Shown here in pieces: positions 26,402 to 35,445 of a DNA stretch of 49,268 bases. A program made the translations under genes and the position numbers. The stretch comes from a virus (Duplodnaviria > Caudoviricetes). Every line of letters begins with the position of its first letter. Within the stretch, counting starts at the first letter, position 1. The notes under the pieces are model-generated. The model had not been told where the DNA came from. It was given only the letters and a program-made list of their open reading frames with translations, and ran no database searches. The DNA is taken from positions 1 to 49,268 of IMG/VR virus record IMGVR_UViG_3300032307_000123. One strand, given 5' to 3'.

Positions 26402-26588
26402 TGCAGATAAAACGCAGGATAGAATAGAACTTGAAGAAGCCATTCGCCGTAAGGAGATGGAAGGTATTAAGTATTTAAAAGGAACTGGTCACTGTTTAAA
26501 TTGTGGCGAGGAACTTAAGGACTCAAGACGTTGGTGCGATAAAGATTGCGCTGACGATTGGGACTACAACGTCAATAGACGCAAATAA
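26391..26588 (+). CDS. TraR/DksA-like C4 zinc-finger protein
   Basis: N-terminal MSDDAD helix; CLNCG...WCDKDC. Confidence 0.6.
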   Translation: MSDDADKTQDRIELEEAIRRKEMEGIKYLKGTGHCLNCGEELKDSRRWCDKDCADDWDYNVNRRK

Positions 26589-26602
26589 AAGGAGAGAGAG
26601 AT

Positions 26603-26797
26603 ATGGCAACAAAGTCAACGAAGCCCACTATTAGGGAGACGTCTGCTACGACTTTTGATCGTGGTGAACGCAACCTTATCGTAACCATTCATCATGGTTT
26701 TATTAAAATTAGACCCAAAGGATTAAAGTCAGAAGAAGTTATTGACATCGCGGCTATCTATGAGCATGCAGTCAAGGCTCGTGTTAGGGGTAAGTAA
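26603..26797 (+). CDS. Small hypothetical protein
   Basis: AAGGAGAGAG RBS; 64 aa. Confidence 0.6.
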   Translation: MATKSTKPTIRETSATTFDRGERNLIVTIHHGFIKIRPKGLKSEEVIDIAAIYEHAVKARVRGK

Positions 26798-28623
26798 TGC
26801 CTAATCTAATTACGATTGACTTCGAAACCTATTACGATAAAGAGTATGGGTTAAAGAAGTTTACTACCGAGCAATATATACGTGATGAGAAGTTTGAAGT
26901 TATAGGTGTAGCAGTCAAAGATAAGGGTGTGACTAAATGGTTTACAGGCACACATGAAGAAACAAAAGCTTTTCTAGACTCATACAATATGCATGAACAC
27001 TTTGTGTTAGGACATAATATGAGGTTTGATGCAGCAATACTTTCATGGATATTTGACATACACCCATTAGGTTTATTCGATACCATGAGTATGGCTCAGA
27101 TTCTACATGGCTTAACTGAGTCAGTATCTTTAGCTAACCTATCACAACTATATCAGTTAGGTGAGAAAGGAACAGAAGTCCTCGATGCATTAGGTAAGAG
27201 ACGACTAGACTTCACACACAATGACTTAGCTAAGTATGGTCAGTATTGTATCAATGACGTAGAACTAACCTACGAATTATTCACAGAGTTAAAAGATAAG
27301 TTCACTGCACCTGAAATGAAACTTATAGATTTAACTATCCGTATGTTTACAGAACCTAAGTTAGAACTTAATAAAGGTTTATTGTTACGTCATCTCCACG
27401 AAGTTAAAGAAGCTAAAGAAAAACTACTCGCATCAGTATCGGTAGATAAAGAGTTACTCATGAGTAATCCTAAGTTTGCTGAGTTACTTATTGAACAAGG
27501 TGTCACCCCACCTACTAAGATTAGTCAGACTACAGGAAAGGAAGCTTATGCATTTGCAAAAACAGATGAAGGATTTAAAGAATTATTGGAACATGATAAT
27601 CCATACGTTCAAGCTTTGGCGGCTGCGCGTATCGGCAACAAGTCGACGATTGAAGAAACAAGAACAGAGAACTTTATTCAAATAGCGAACAGGGGTAAGT
27701 TACCCGTTCCGTTAAAGTATTCAGGGGCAGTGGTATCTCATCGATGGTCAGGCGTTGATGGGATTAATCTGCAAAACTTACCAAGAACATCAGAGCTAAG
27801 ACGAGCTATATGTGCGCCAAAAGGTTATAAATTAGTAGCCTCAGACCTTAGTAATATTGAGTTACGATTAGCCTATTGGTTTGCTAAATCACATGGAAAG
27901 ATACAACAGATTAAAGATGGTATTGATCTATACAAACAATCCGCCGCAGACATTACAGGAACACCATACAACGAAGTTAACAAAGACCTTAGGTTCATCT
28001 TTAAGGTAGTGAACTTATCAGGTATTTATGGAGTAGGTGCTAACAAGATGCACTCAATCTTAAAACAAGGTGGTGTAGAGAAAGATATACAAGAAGTTAA
28101 GAACATTGTATATGCGTATCGTAGGGCTAATCCTGAACTTGTTGAAGCATGGCAAGACGCAGGCACAATGTTAGAAAGCGTTCGTGCAGGGCAACACTAC
28201 ACTATGGGTAATGGTGGGATTATATCGAGTGTCCCTCATGAAGGCATGATGAAACCTAATGGAATGTTATTGGGCTTACCTAACTTAAGAAAGCTAAAGA
28301 CAGATACAGGCGAGTCATGGGCATATGATAAGTTAATGGGAAGAACTTTAATCCCTGAATATATCCACCCATCTAAAACATTTCAACGTTGTATACAATC
28401 ACTTGCTCGTGATATAATAGGGGAACAATTAATTCAAGTAGCGAAAAGGTATCCTGTTGTTATGACGGTGCATGATGAGTTAGTTATGTTATGCAAAGAT
28501 ACAGAAGTAGATGAATGTAAAGCATATGTTGAGAAATGTATGACAACTGCACCTTATTGGTGTAGTGACTTACCACTCGGTTGTGAAGTAGGTGTAGGTG
28601 ATAACTATATGGATGCTAAGTAA
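26797..28623 (+). CDS. polA: Family A DNA polymerase with 3'-5' exonuclease
   Basis: ExoI DFET; motif A DLSNIELR; motif B RFIFKVVNLSGIYG; motif C VHDEL. Confidence 0.95.
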   Translation: MPNLITIDFETYYDKEYGLKKFTTEQYIRDEKFEVIGVAVKDKGVTKWFTGTHEETKAFLDSYNMHEHFVLGHNMRFDAAILSWIFDIHPLGLFDTMSMAQILHGLTESVSLANLSQLYQLGEKGTEVLDALGKRRLDFTHNDLAKYGQYCINDVELTYELFTELKDKFTAPEMKLIDLTIRMFTEPKLELNKGLLLRHLHEVKEAKEKLLASVSVDKELLMSNPKFAELLIEQGVTPPTKISQTTGKEAYAFAKTDEGFKELLEHDNPYVQALAAARIGNKSTIEETRTENFIQIANRGKLPVPLKYSGAVVSHRWSGVDGINLQNLPRTSELRRAICAPKGYKLVASDLSNIELRLAYWFAKSHGKIQQIKDGIDLYKQSAADITGTPYNEVNKDLRFIFKVVNLSGIYGVGANKMHSILKQGGVEKDIQEVKNIVYAYRRANPELVEAWQDAGTMLESVRAGQHYTMGNGGIISSVPHEGMMKPNGMLLGLPNLRKLKTDTGESWAYDKLMGRTLIPEYIHPSKTFQRCIQSLARDIIGEQLIQVAKRYPVVMTVHDELVMLCKDTEVDECKAYVEKCMTTAPYWCSDLPLGCEVGVGDNYMDAK

Positions 28624-29120
28624 TGAATTATTATGAGGTTGGGTTTAAATCATCTATCGTTGATGAATTATTTGATTTTGCCATAACACCTAGCGAATGG
28701 GTAAAGTATTATAACTTTGATGCTAAACCCGTTCCCGCTGATATTATATTGAAAGATAACTTTTTTGTTTGGTTATCACAACATTATGACTTTATAGTAG
28801 GTGTGTTAAAGTTAGACCCCTACACTTGTTATAATTGGCATACAGATACAAGACGTGGTGCAGGTGTCAACATGCTATTGACTCCCAACATTAGAAGTTT
28901 TTGTGCGTTTGGATTTGACCCAAATCAATTAGTATTTAAAATAGAAGAGTTAAAATACAAACCTGGCACATACTATATTTTTAATACTCAGTCGCCTCAT
29001 ACAGTATATAACTTTGAAACTACTAGATATTTATTAAGTGTTGAATTTGATAAAGATAAAGATCAATTAACCTTTGATAGTCTTGTAAAAGATGTAAAGG
29101 ATAACTATGAACGAACCTAA
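28623..29120 (+). CDS. 2OG-Fe(II)/cupin-fold oxygenase-like protein
   Basis: WHTD (HxD) ... FNTQSPHTV ... R. Confidence 0.65.
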   Translation: MNYYEVGFKSSIVDELFDFAITPSEWVKYYNFDAKPVPADIILKDNFFVWLSQHYDFIVGVLKLDPYTCYNWHTDTRRGAGVNMLLTPNIRSFCAFGFDPNQLVFKIEELKYKPGTYYIFNTQSPHTVYNFETTRYLLSVEFDKDKDQLTFDSLVKDVKDNYERT

Positions 29121-29724
29121 CTTTGAATTGCTCTTTCCTACCCCTGTTATGTTTAACAGCATTGGTAGAGATTTCACTAAAGAAGAACTTGCATATATAG
29201 AAAGCCACTCAACATCTACCAATCGTAATGTAGGTAATGTGACATCTAATAATAACTATATACTTAATGAACCTGAGATGGCAGACTTAAAGAAGTTTGT
29301 GACAGAACAACTTAACGAATATATTAAGCGAGTCTATAAACCTAAGTATCCTGCTGAAGCATTTATTACTCAGTCATGGCTTAATTGGACTAAGAAAGGA
29401 GAGTTTCATCACAAGCATGAGCATCCAAATAGTTTTATATCAGGTGTGCTTTATATATCTACTGACTCTACCAAAGATAAGATTACATTTCACAGAGCAG
29501 GATATAAACAACTGCAATTAGCAACCGATACATTTGATATATACAACTCAGACTCGTGGTGGTTTAATGTAAAGACAGGTGGTATAGTAATGTTTCCATC
29601 ATCATTAACACATCATGTAGAAGATGTTGTTGCAGATGATGTTAGAGTGAGCCTTGCATTTAATTCATTTATTAAAGGGACGTTTGGTGACAACCGATCA
29701 TTGACGGAGTTTAAAAATGGATAA
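29107..29724 (+). CDS. Putative 2OG-Fe(II) oxygenase (TIGR02466-like)
   Basis: LFPTP start; HEHPNSFISGVLY; FPSSLTHHV; RVSLAFN. Confidence 0.8.
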   Translation: MNEPNFELLFPTPVMFNSIGRDFTKEELAYIESHSTSTNRNVGNVTSNNNYILNEPEMADLKKFVTEQLNEYIKRVYKPKYPAEAFITQSWLNWTKKGEFHHKHEHPNSFISGVLYISTDSTKDKITFHRAGYKQLQLATDTFDIYNSDSWWFNVKTGGIVMFPSSLTHHVEDVVADDVRVSLAFNSFIKGTFGDNRSLTEFKNG

Positions 29725-30277
29725 ACTAACAGACTACATTAAAGTATATCCTTGGCTTGATAAAGAACTATGTGATCAAATAAGAAAAGAAATAGATCAT
29801 GCTACTTGGAAACAACATGTATTTTATAATGCTAATGGTGAGTATGTAACTCAAAGTGGCGATCAAGAACTTGATGTATCATGGGATAATATTGCAACAC
29901 GTGATAAACTTACACAGAAAGTATGGGAAGCAATCAGTCAATACATACTTACTGACTTTAAGAATGATTACTTTAGTGGGTGGCAAGGCTTTACACATAT
30001 AAGATTTAATCGCTATAGAGAAGGAAAGACTATGGCTAAACATTGTGATCATATTCATGACATGTTTGATGGTAAAATGAAAGGCATACCTACATTATCT
30101 ATCGTAGGTTTTCTTAACGATGACTATGAAGGTGGGGAATTTATTATGTTTGATGACATGGAAATTAAATTAAAACAAGGGGATATATTAATATTCCCAT
30201 CTAACTTTTTGTATCCGCATAAAGTTAATCCAGTGACGAAAGGGATACGAGATAGCTTCGTATCATGGGTGTGGTAA
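29717..30277 (+). CDS. 2OG-Fe(II) oxygenase, prolyl-4-hydroxylase-like
   Basis: HCD; LNDDYEGGEF; FPSNFLYPHKV; RxS. Confidence 0.85.
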   Translation: MDKLTDYIKVYPWLDKELCDQIRKEIDHATWKQHVFYNANGEYVTQSGDQELDVSWDNIATRDKLTQKVWEAISQYILTDFKNDYFSGWQGFTHIRFNRYREGKTMAKHCDHIHDMFDGKMKGIPTLSIVGFLNDDYEGGEFIMFDDMEIKLKQGDILIFPSNFLYPHKVNPVTKGIRDSFVSWVW

Positions 30278-30471
30278 TGAAAAAGACTGCACGTAATGAT
30301 ATAACAGGCGCATGGATGGTTAGTAAACCTAACAACGAACAGTTTGAAAAGAATTGGGATTTGATTTTTGGTAAGAAAAAGAAAGAAACATTAGCAGAAT
30401 ACGAACTTAATAAATCAACAGGCGAAATCCAAAAGGTAGATCATGGCACAACCACAAATACACAAGAGTAG
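30277..30471 (+). CDS. Small hypothetical protein
   Basis: ARNDITG...FEKNWDLIFG; TAATG coupling. Confidence 0.6.
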   Translation: MKKTARNDITGAWMVSKPNNEQFEKNWDLIFGKKKKETLAEYELNKSTGEIQKVDHGTTTNTQE

Positions 30472-30625
30472 AAGACATGCTGACCCATTCAAAACAAGAA
30501 CGGGTAAAGACAGGCTTAAAGCATTATCTATGAAAAAACTTTATGAGTTATTAGATAAAGCTGAAGAAGGTAAAAAGAAAGCAAAGATAGCTAAAGAAAT
30601 TGCTAGGAGAACTCCAATTGGCTGA
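30443..30625 (+). CDS. Small basic hypothetical protein
   Basis: AAGGT RBS; 60 aa. Confidence 0.5.
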   Translation: MAQPQIHKSRRHADPFKTRTGKDRLKALSMKKLYELLDKAEEGKKKAKIAKEIARRTPIG

Positions 30626-31292
30626 ACTTAAAACGTGGTCTTACTCAAGTGCTACTACATTTGAGAAATGTCCTAAGCAATACTATCACCTGTATGTCGC
30701 AAAAGATATTAAGCAAGACCCAAATACAGAACATTTCCTTTATGGCAACGAAGTTCACAAAGCTTGTGAGTTATACGTTAAGAACGCAACTCCGCTGCCT
30801 GACAAGTTTAATATGTTTCAGCCAACCCTTGATAAGTTAATAGCAATTCCAGGCGATAAGTATTGTGAATATAAATTAGGCTTGACCAAAGAGTTACAAC
30901 CCTGTGATTTCTTTGCACCTAATGTATGGTGGAGAGGTGTTGTTGACTTGCTTGTTATAAACCCTGAAACTAAGTTAGCTACCTTGATCGACTATAAGAC
31001 AGGCAAATCAAGTCAGTATGCAGATACTAGACAGTTATCATTGTTTAGTGTAGCTATATTCAAACACTTTCCAGATATGCAGAAAGTTAAGTCTGGATTG
31101 GTTTTCTTAGTAAGTAAAGAGATATTAAAGGAAGATTATAGTGTTGACAAAGTTGACGAAATGTTTGCTGAATGGGGTAAAATAACGCATAGGATAGATA
31201 CTGCTCATCAGACAGGGGTTTTCAATGCAAGCCCTAACTTCGCATGTAGGAAGTTCTGCCCTGTTCAATCATGTTCACATTGGGGAAAATAA
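30618..31292 (+). CDS. PD-(D/E)XK (Cas4/RecB-like) exonuclease
   Basis: WSYS...CP, G..VH, RGVVD, IDYKTG, C-terminal CxxxCxxxxC; TTG start after AGGAG. Confidence 0.85.
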   Translation: MAELKTWSYSSATTFEKCPKQYYHLYVAKDIKQDPNTEHFLYGNEVHKACELYVKNATPLPDKFNMFQPTLDKLIAIPGDKYCEYKLGLTKELQPCDFFAPNVWWRGVVDLLVINPETKLATLIDYKTGKSSQYADTRQLSLFSVAIFKHFPDMQKVKSGLVFLVSKEILKEDYSVDKVDEMFAEWGKITHRIDTAHQTGVFNASPNFACRKFCPVQSCSHWGK

Positions 31293-31561
31293 TGGCAAGA
31301 GATTATCAGAAAGAAAACGAATATAAGGCACAGCCTGATCAAATTAAAAAGCGTGTAGCTAGAAATAAAGCTAGACGAATGATGATAAAAGCTGGTAAAG
31401 TATCAAAGGGTGACGGTAAAGATGTAGATCATATCATTCCTTTAAGCAAGGGTGGTTCAAACACACCAAGCAATATGAGAATTAGAAGTAAAAGTGCGAA
31501 CAGTTCGTTCCCACGCAATAGTGATGGTTCATTAAAAAGAAACGTAACTAAAAAGAAATAA
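31292..31561 (+). CDS. HNH endonuclease
   Basis: DVDHIIPLSKGGSN...N...N. Confidence 0.8.
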   Translation: MARDYQKENEYKAQPDQIKKRVARNKARRMMIKAGKVSKGDGKDVDHIIPLSKGGSNTPSNMRIRSKSANSSFPRNSDGSLKRNVTKKK

Positions 31562-31572
31562 GTTTCCCGCTA

Positions 31573-31682
31573 GACGTGAGTGCGGTAAAACCACGTCAGT
31601 TAGTAGCAGAGGCTCTTTAGATAGTTCTCCTCTGTGTATTAGCAGTGTAGGCGCGTCACTACCTCTCTCGGTGGCGCGTCTA
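31573..31682 (+). ncRNA. Putative three-hairpin structured leader or sRNA upstream of helicase
   Basis: GC-rich stems GACGTG/CACGTC, CAGAGG/CCTCTG and GGCGCGTCACT/GGTGGCGCGTC (with G-U pairs). Confidence 0.4.
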
Positions 31683-31703
31683 TTTTTACCTTAGGAGATT
31701 GCA

Positions 31704-33269
31704 TTGGAAGTATACAAAGATAAAGCGTTGATCGTTAATACAAAACGCCCCGAATTAATATTAGATAAGATACCTAAAAGCAAGGTTCTTAAATCATATG
31801 ATAATGGAGTAACACAAGTCGCTGTGAATTGGGGACTAGATGAAGTGCTTACATTATCTGACATGAAGGTTAAAAATCCTCCATCACCTATAACACGTGA
31901 CTACAACTTTCCAGGTATTCACAAACCATTTGATCACCAAAAAACAACTGCTGAATTTTTATCAGCACATAAACGTGCCTATTGTTTAAGTGAAGCAGGA
32001 ACAGGTAAAACATCTGCTGTAATATGGGCGGCAGATTATTTAATGAATCAAGGTAAGATTAGACGTATGCTTGTTGTATGTCCCTTATCTATTATGCAAG
32101 CAGCATGGCAAGCAGACTTCTTTAAAACTGCTATGCATAGATCAGTAGGTATTGCTCATGGCAGTGCTGAGAAAAGAAAGAAAGTATTTGCAGAAAATAC
32201 AGACGTAGTTATAATTAACTATGATGGTATAGAAATAGTAGAGAAAGAAATTAAATCGGGCGGTTTTGATTTAATAGTGGTTGATGAAGCCAACTATGTC
32301 AAGACTGTCACGACACGTCGCTGGAAGTCATTAAATCGTGTGCTAACACCTCAGACATGGTTATGGCTTATGACAGGAACACCCGCTGCTCAATCACCAG
32401 CTGACGCATATGGACTGGCTAGACTTGTGAACCCCGCATCCGTCCCAAAATATGCAGGAACATTTAAGGATATGGTAATGCAGAAAGTCAGCCAGTTCAC
32501 CTGGGTGCCTAGATTTAATGCACAGGATATTGTATTTAAAACATTACAACCTGCCATTCGTTATACAAAAGAAGAATGTTTAGATTTACCTGATGTTCTT
32601 TATACCACTCGTGAAGTTCCCCTCACACCACAACAAGATAAGTATTATAAGAAGCTTAAGAAAGATAGGTATATGGAAGCTTCAGGTGAAGAAATTACTG
32701 TAGTTAACGCAGGGGTAATGCTCACTAAATTATTGCAAGTAAGTGCTGGTGCTATCTATTCAGATGAACAAGAAATTATTGAGTTTGATATATCTAACCG
32801 TATGACGGCTCTTAAAGAAATCATTGAAGAAGCCAGCCACAAAGTTCTCATATTTTGCCCGTTCAGACATAGTATTGAAAAGATTATGGCAGAGTTAAAT
32901 AAAGATCATATTACTTGCGCTGCAATACATGGCGACATATCTATGAATAATCGTTCAGAGATATTTAAAAACTTTCAAGAAAAGAAAGACCCACAAGTAT
33001 TGGTAATCCAACCTCAAGCTGCATCGCATGGAGTTACCCTCCACGCAGCTAACGTAGTTGTGTTTTGGTCACCCGTGATGTCTGTTGAAACATACATACA
33101 GTGTTGCGCTCGTGTAGATAGGGCGGGTCAGAAAAATAAGATGACCGTAGTTCGCCTACAAGGCTCCCCCGTTGAACAAAAAATTTATAAGATGTTGCAA
33201 GGAAAAATTGATACGCACTCAAAACTAGTTGATCTTTACAAAGAGGAATTTGAAGATGGCAACTCCTGA
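31704..33269 (+). CDS. SNF2-family helicase
   Basis: GTGKT; VVDEA; MTGTP; HGVTL; RVDRAGQ. Confidence 0.9.
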   Translation: MEVYKDKALIVNTKRPELILDKIPKSKVLKSYDNGVTQVAVNWGLDEVLTLSDMKVKNPPSPITRDYNFPGIHKPFDHQKTTAEFLSAHKRAYCLSEAGTGKTSAVIWAADYLMNQGKIRRMLVVCPLSIMQAAWQADFFKTAMHRSVGIAHGSAEKRKKVFAENTDVVIINYDGIEIVEKEIKSGGFDLIVVDEANYVKTVTTRRWKSLNRVLTPQTWLWLMTGTPAAQSPADAYGLARLVNPASVPKYAGTFKDMVMQKVSQFTWVPRFNAQDIVFKTLQPAIRYTKEECLDLPDVLYTTREVPLTPQQDKYYKKLKKDRYMEASGEEITVVNAGVMLTKLLQVSAGAIYSDEQEIIEFDISNRMTALKEIIEEASHKVLIFCPFRHSIEKIMAELNKDHITCAAIHGDISMNNRSEIFKNFQEKKDPQVLVIQPQAASHGVTLHAANVVVFWSPVMSVETYIQCCARVDRAGQKNKMTVVRLQGSPVEQKIYKMLQGKIDTHSKLVDLYKEEFEDGNS

Positions 33270-33726
33270 AAATATAATAAAGTGGCGTAAAAATAATGCT
33301 GAAAAATATAAAGCATACCAAGATAATTATAGAAAAAACAATTTAGAAAAATTTAACGCAACACAAAAAAAATGGATGAAAAATAATCCTATAAAAGCAA
33401 TGTTAATTAGTATTAAATCAAGAGCTAAAAAATCAAATATAGAATTTGATTTAACAGAAGCAGATATTGTTATTCCTACACACTGCCCTATATTAAATAT
33501 ACCTATTAAAAAACAGTATACAATTAAAGGAAAAACGGGGCCTAGAAGTAATTCACCTTCTTTAGATAGGATTGATAATGCTAAAGGGTATATAAAAGGA
33601 AATGTTCATGTAATAAGTAATCAAGCTAACATAATGAAAAGTAGTGCATCTCCTGAAGAATTATTGCAATTTGCTTTTTGGGTAATACTTACATATGGAC
33701 ATTTAATTGATAAAGAAGTTAGTTGA
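33256..33726 (+). CDS. HNH-type free-standing homing endonuclease
   Basis: CPILNIP...SPSLDRIDNAKGYIKGNVHVIS..AN; very A-rich coding. Confidence 0.7.
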   Translation: MATPENIIKWRKNNAEKYKAYQDNYRKNNLEKFNATQKKWMKNNPIKAMLISIKSRAKKSNIEFDLTEADIVIPTHCPILNIPIKKQYTIKGKTGPRSNSPSLDRIDNAKGYIKGNVHVISNQANIMKSSASPEELLQFAFWVILTYGHLIDKEVS

Positions 33727-33750
33727 CATTGTAAATAAATATGTTATACT
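33723..33750 (+). promoter_or_regulatory. Sigma70 promoter for replication genes
   Basis: TTGACA-16 bp-TATACT with TG extended -10. Confidence 0.75.
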
Positions 33751-33779
33751 GTTATCCTTAATATTTGAAAGGAGAGAAT

Positions 33780-34184
33780 ATGGAACTAGATGATAATAAG
33801 ATAGAAAAGCTTATGCAAGCATCTGTAAATATGAGAGATAAGATTGAAGAATTAGAAAATCAAATCACTGATATTAAAGTGCAGAAAGACAAAATAGATT
33901 TAGCACTCAATGAAGCATGTAGGACACTTAACGTAACTAGTTTGAAAACTAAAGTTGGAACATTATCAAGAACATTAAAGACTAGATATTGGTCAAGCGA
34001 TTGGCCTAGTATGTATGACTTTATATTAGAAAATAGATTGCCTGAGTTCTTTGAAAAGAGATTAGTGCAATCAGCAATAAAAGAATACTTGGAGCAAAAC
34101 CCTGACAAGGCACCGCCAGGTTTACAAGCAACAAGTGAATACACAGTAAGAATAACTAAAAGCAGAAATAAGGAGGAAGTATGA
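33780..34184 (+). CDS. Conserved replication-module protein
   Basis: Coiled coil, then SLKTKVGT...DWPSMYDFI...PPGL; AAGGAG RBS. Confidence 0.65.
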   Translation: MELDDNKIEKLMQASVNMRDKIEELENQITDIKVQKDKIDLALNEACRTLNVTSLKTKVGTLSRTLKTRYWSSDWPSMYDFILENRLPEFFEKRLVQSAIKEYLEQNPDKAPPGLQATSEYTVRITKSRNKEEV

Positions 34185-35095
34185 GTACAGATTTAGACGT
34201 TTTTGGTAGCACCGCAGTAGCAACACATAGCCGTAGAGATGATGGCTTCACTGCTAACATTACAGGTAGTTCAACCACTGCTAAACGTATATCTATACGT
34301 GGTGGTAAATTTAGATTAATGGTTAATGGTAAAGAAGTTGAGAAGTCAAATCAAGACGCACTTGATGTAGTTATCGTTAATGCATCACCACACGTTCACA
34401 GAATGTATTTCTCTAAAGCATATGTGCCAGGTGAGAAGATGCCACCTCCAACATGCTGGACTTCAGATAGTCAAAAACCTGATGAAGCTGTTGTAGAAAA
34501 ACAAGCAGAAAACTGTTTATCATGTCCACAAAATATTAAAGGCTCAGGTGCTAATGGTACTAAGGCTTGTCGTTTTAGTAGACGTATTGCAGTAGTTCGT
34601 GCTGATGATATGAATGGTGATGTTTATCAAATGACTTTACCTGCACAATCTATCTTTGGTAATGGTACAAAAGACTGCAAACCTTTACATGAATACACAG
34701 ATTATGTTCGTGCTAATGGTCAAAACTTAATGTCTGTTGTATCACGTGTGTCTTTTGATGAAGATTCATCAAGCACTAAGATTGGTTTCAAAGCTATACG
34801 TATTCTTAATGATGATGAGTATGGAGTATGTGCCACAAAGTCAACTTCAGAAGAAGCTAAACGTGCAATTACATTATCTGTAAACATTAACAAAGATGAA
34901 GACGGTGAAGAGTTTGAAACAAAGAAACAACAACCTATTCAACGTCCACAAGTAACTAAAGTAGAAGATGATATTCCTGAACCAACAGTTCGTGCAACGG
35001 AGAAACCTACTCCTCCACCAGCACCAAAACCAGCAGCACCTAAAGCAGATCAAGGTGATGTTAGTTTAGATGACTTGGTATCAGATTGGGCTTAG
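34181..35095 (+). CDS. Putative single-stranded DNA-binding/annealing protein
   Basis: RISIRGGKF; C..CPQN...GS...KAC Zn motif; Pro-rich linker and acidic aromatic tail (DDLVSDWA). Confidence 0.6.
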   Translation: MSTDLDVFGSTAVATHSRRDDGFTANITGSSTTAKRISIRGGKFRLMVNGKEVEKSNQDALDVVIVNASPHVHRMYFSKAYVPGEKMPPPTCWTSDSQKPDEAVVEKQAENCLSCPQNIKGSGANGTKACRFSRRIAVVRADDMNGDVYQMTLPAQSIFGNGTKDCKPLHEYTDYVRANGQNLMSVVSRVSFDEDSSSTKIGFKAIRILNDDEYGVCATKSTSEEAKRAITLSVNINKDEDGEEFETKKQQPIQRPQVTKVEDDIPEPTVRATEKPTPPPAPKPAAPKADQGDVSLDDLVSDWA

Positions 35096-35097
35096 TC

Positions 35098-35331
35098 ATG
35101 CGTGGTTATTCACAAGCCATAGTAGAAGCTAATATGCAAGCGAAAGAAACTGTGGGGACTATCTTAGGTGGTATGTGCATATCACTTAAGTACCCCGCTA
35201 GTCAAGTAGCTAAAAAGCTTCAAGTTTCAAGACAAACGGTGTATGATTGGTTCTCTGGTAGGAAGAAACCAGCCGTACGACATCAATTAAAAATAAAAGA
35301 ATTGATTGTTACGCTAAACACCAAAAAGTAA
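35098..35331 (+). CDS. Cro/XRE-like HTH regulator
   Basis: ASQVAKKLQVSRQTVYDWFSG. Confidence 0.8.
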   Translation: MRGYSQAIVEANMQAKETVGTILGGMCISLKYPASQVAKKLQVSRQTVYDWFSGRKKPAVRHQLKIKELIVTLNTKK

Positions 35332-35337
35332 TACAAC

Positions 35338-35408
35338 GGGCGAAAGCACCTTTTTATATGTGTTAAATTCGTGATGGTATTTTTGCAAATATAAACCGCG
35401 AGTAGCCC
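35338..35408 (+). ncRNA. Putative structured RNA leader of the primase gene
   Basis: Outer GGGC/GCCC stem closing a GAAA/AGTA (loop E-like) motif and two inner stems. Confidence 0.45.
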
Positions 35409-35445
35409 ACCTAATTTAAGCAGTAAAACTTATTTCGAGAGAAAC

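Noticed and set aside
30618-31292. Cas4-like nuclease as evidence of a CRISPR system
   Set aside because: Solo PD-(D/E)XK exonucleases are routine in phage replication modules; no other cas genes or array
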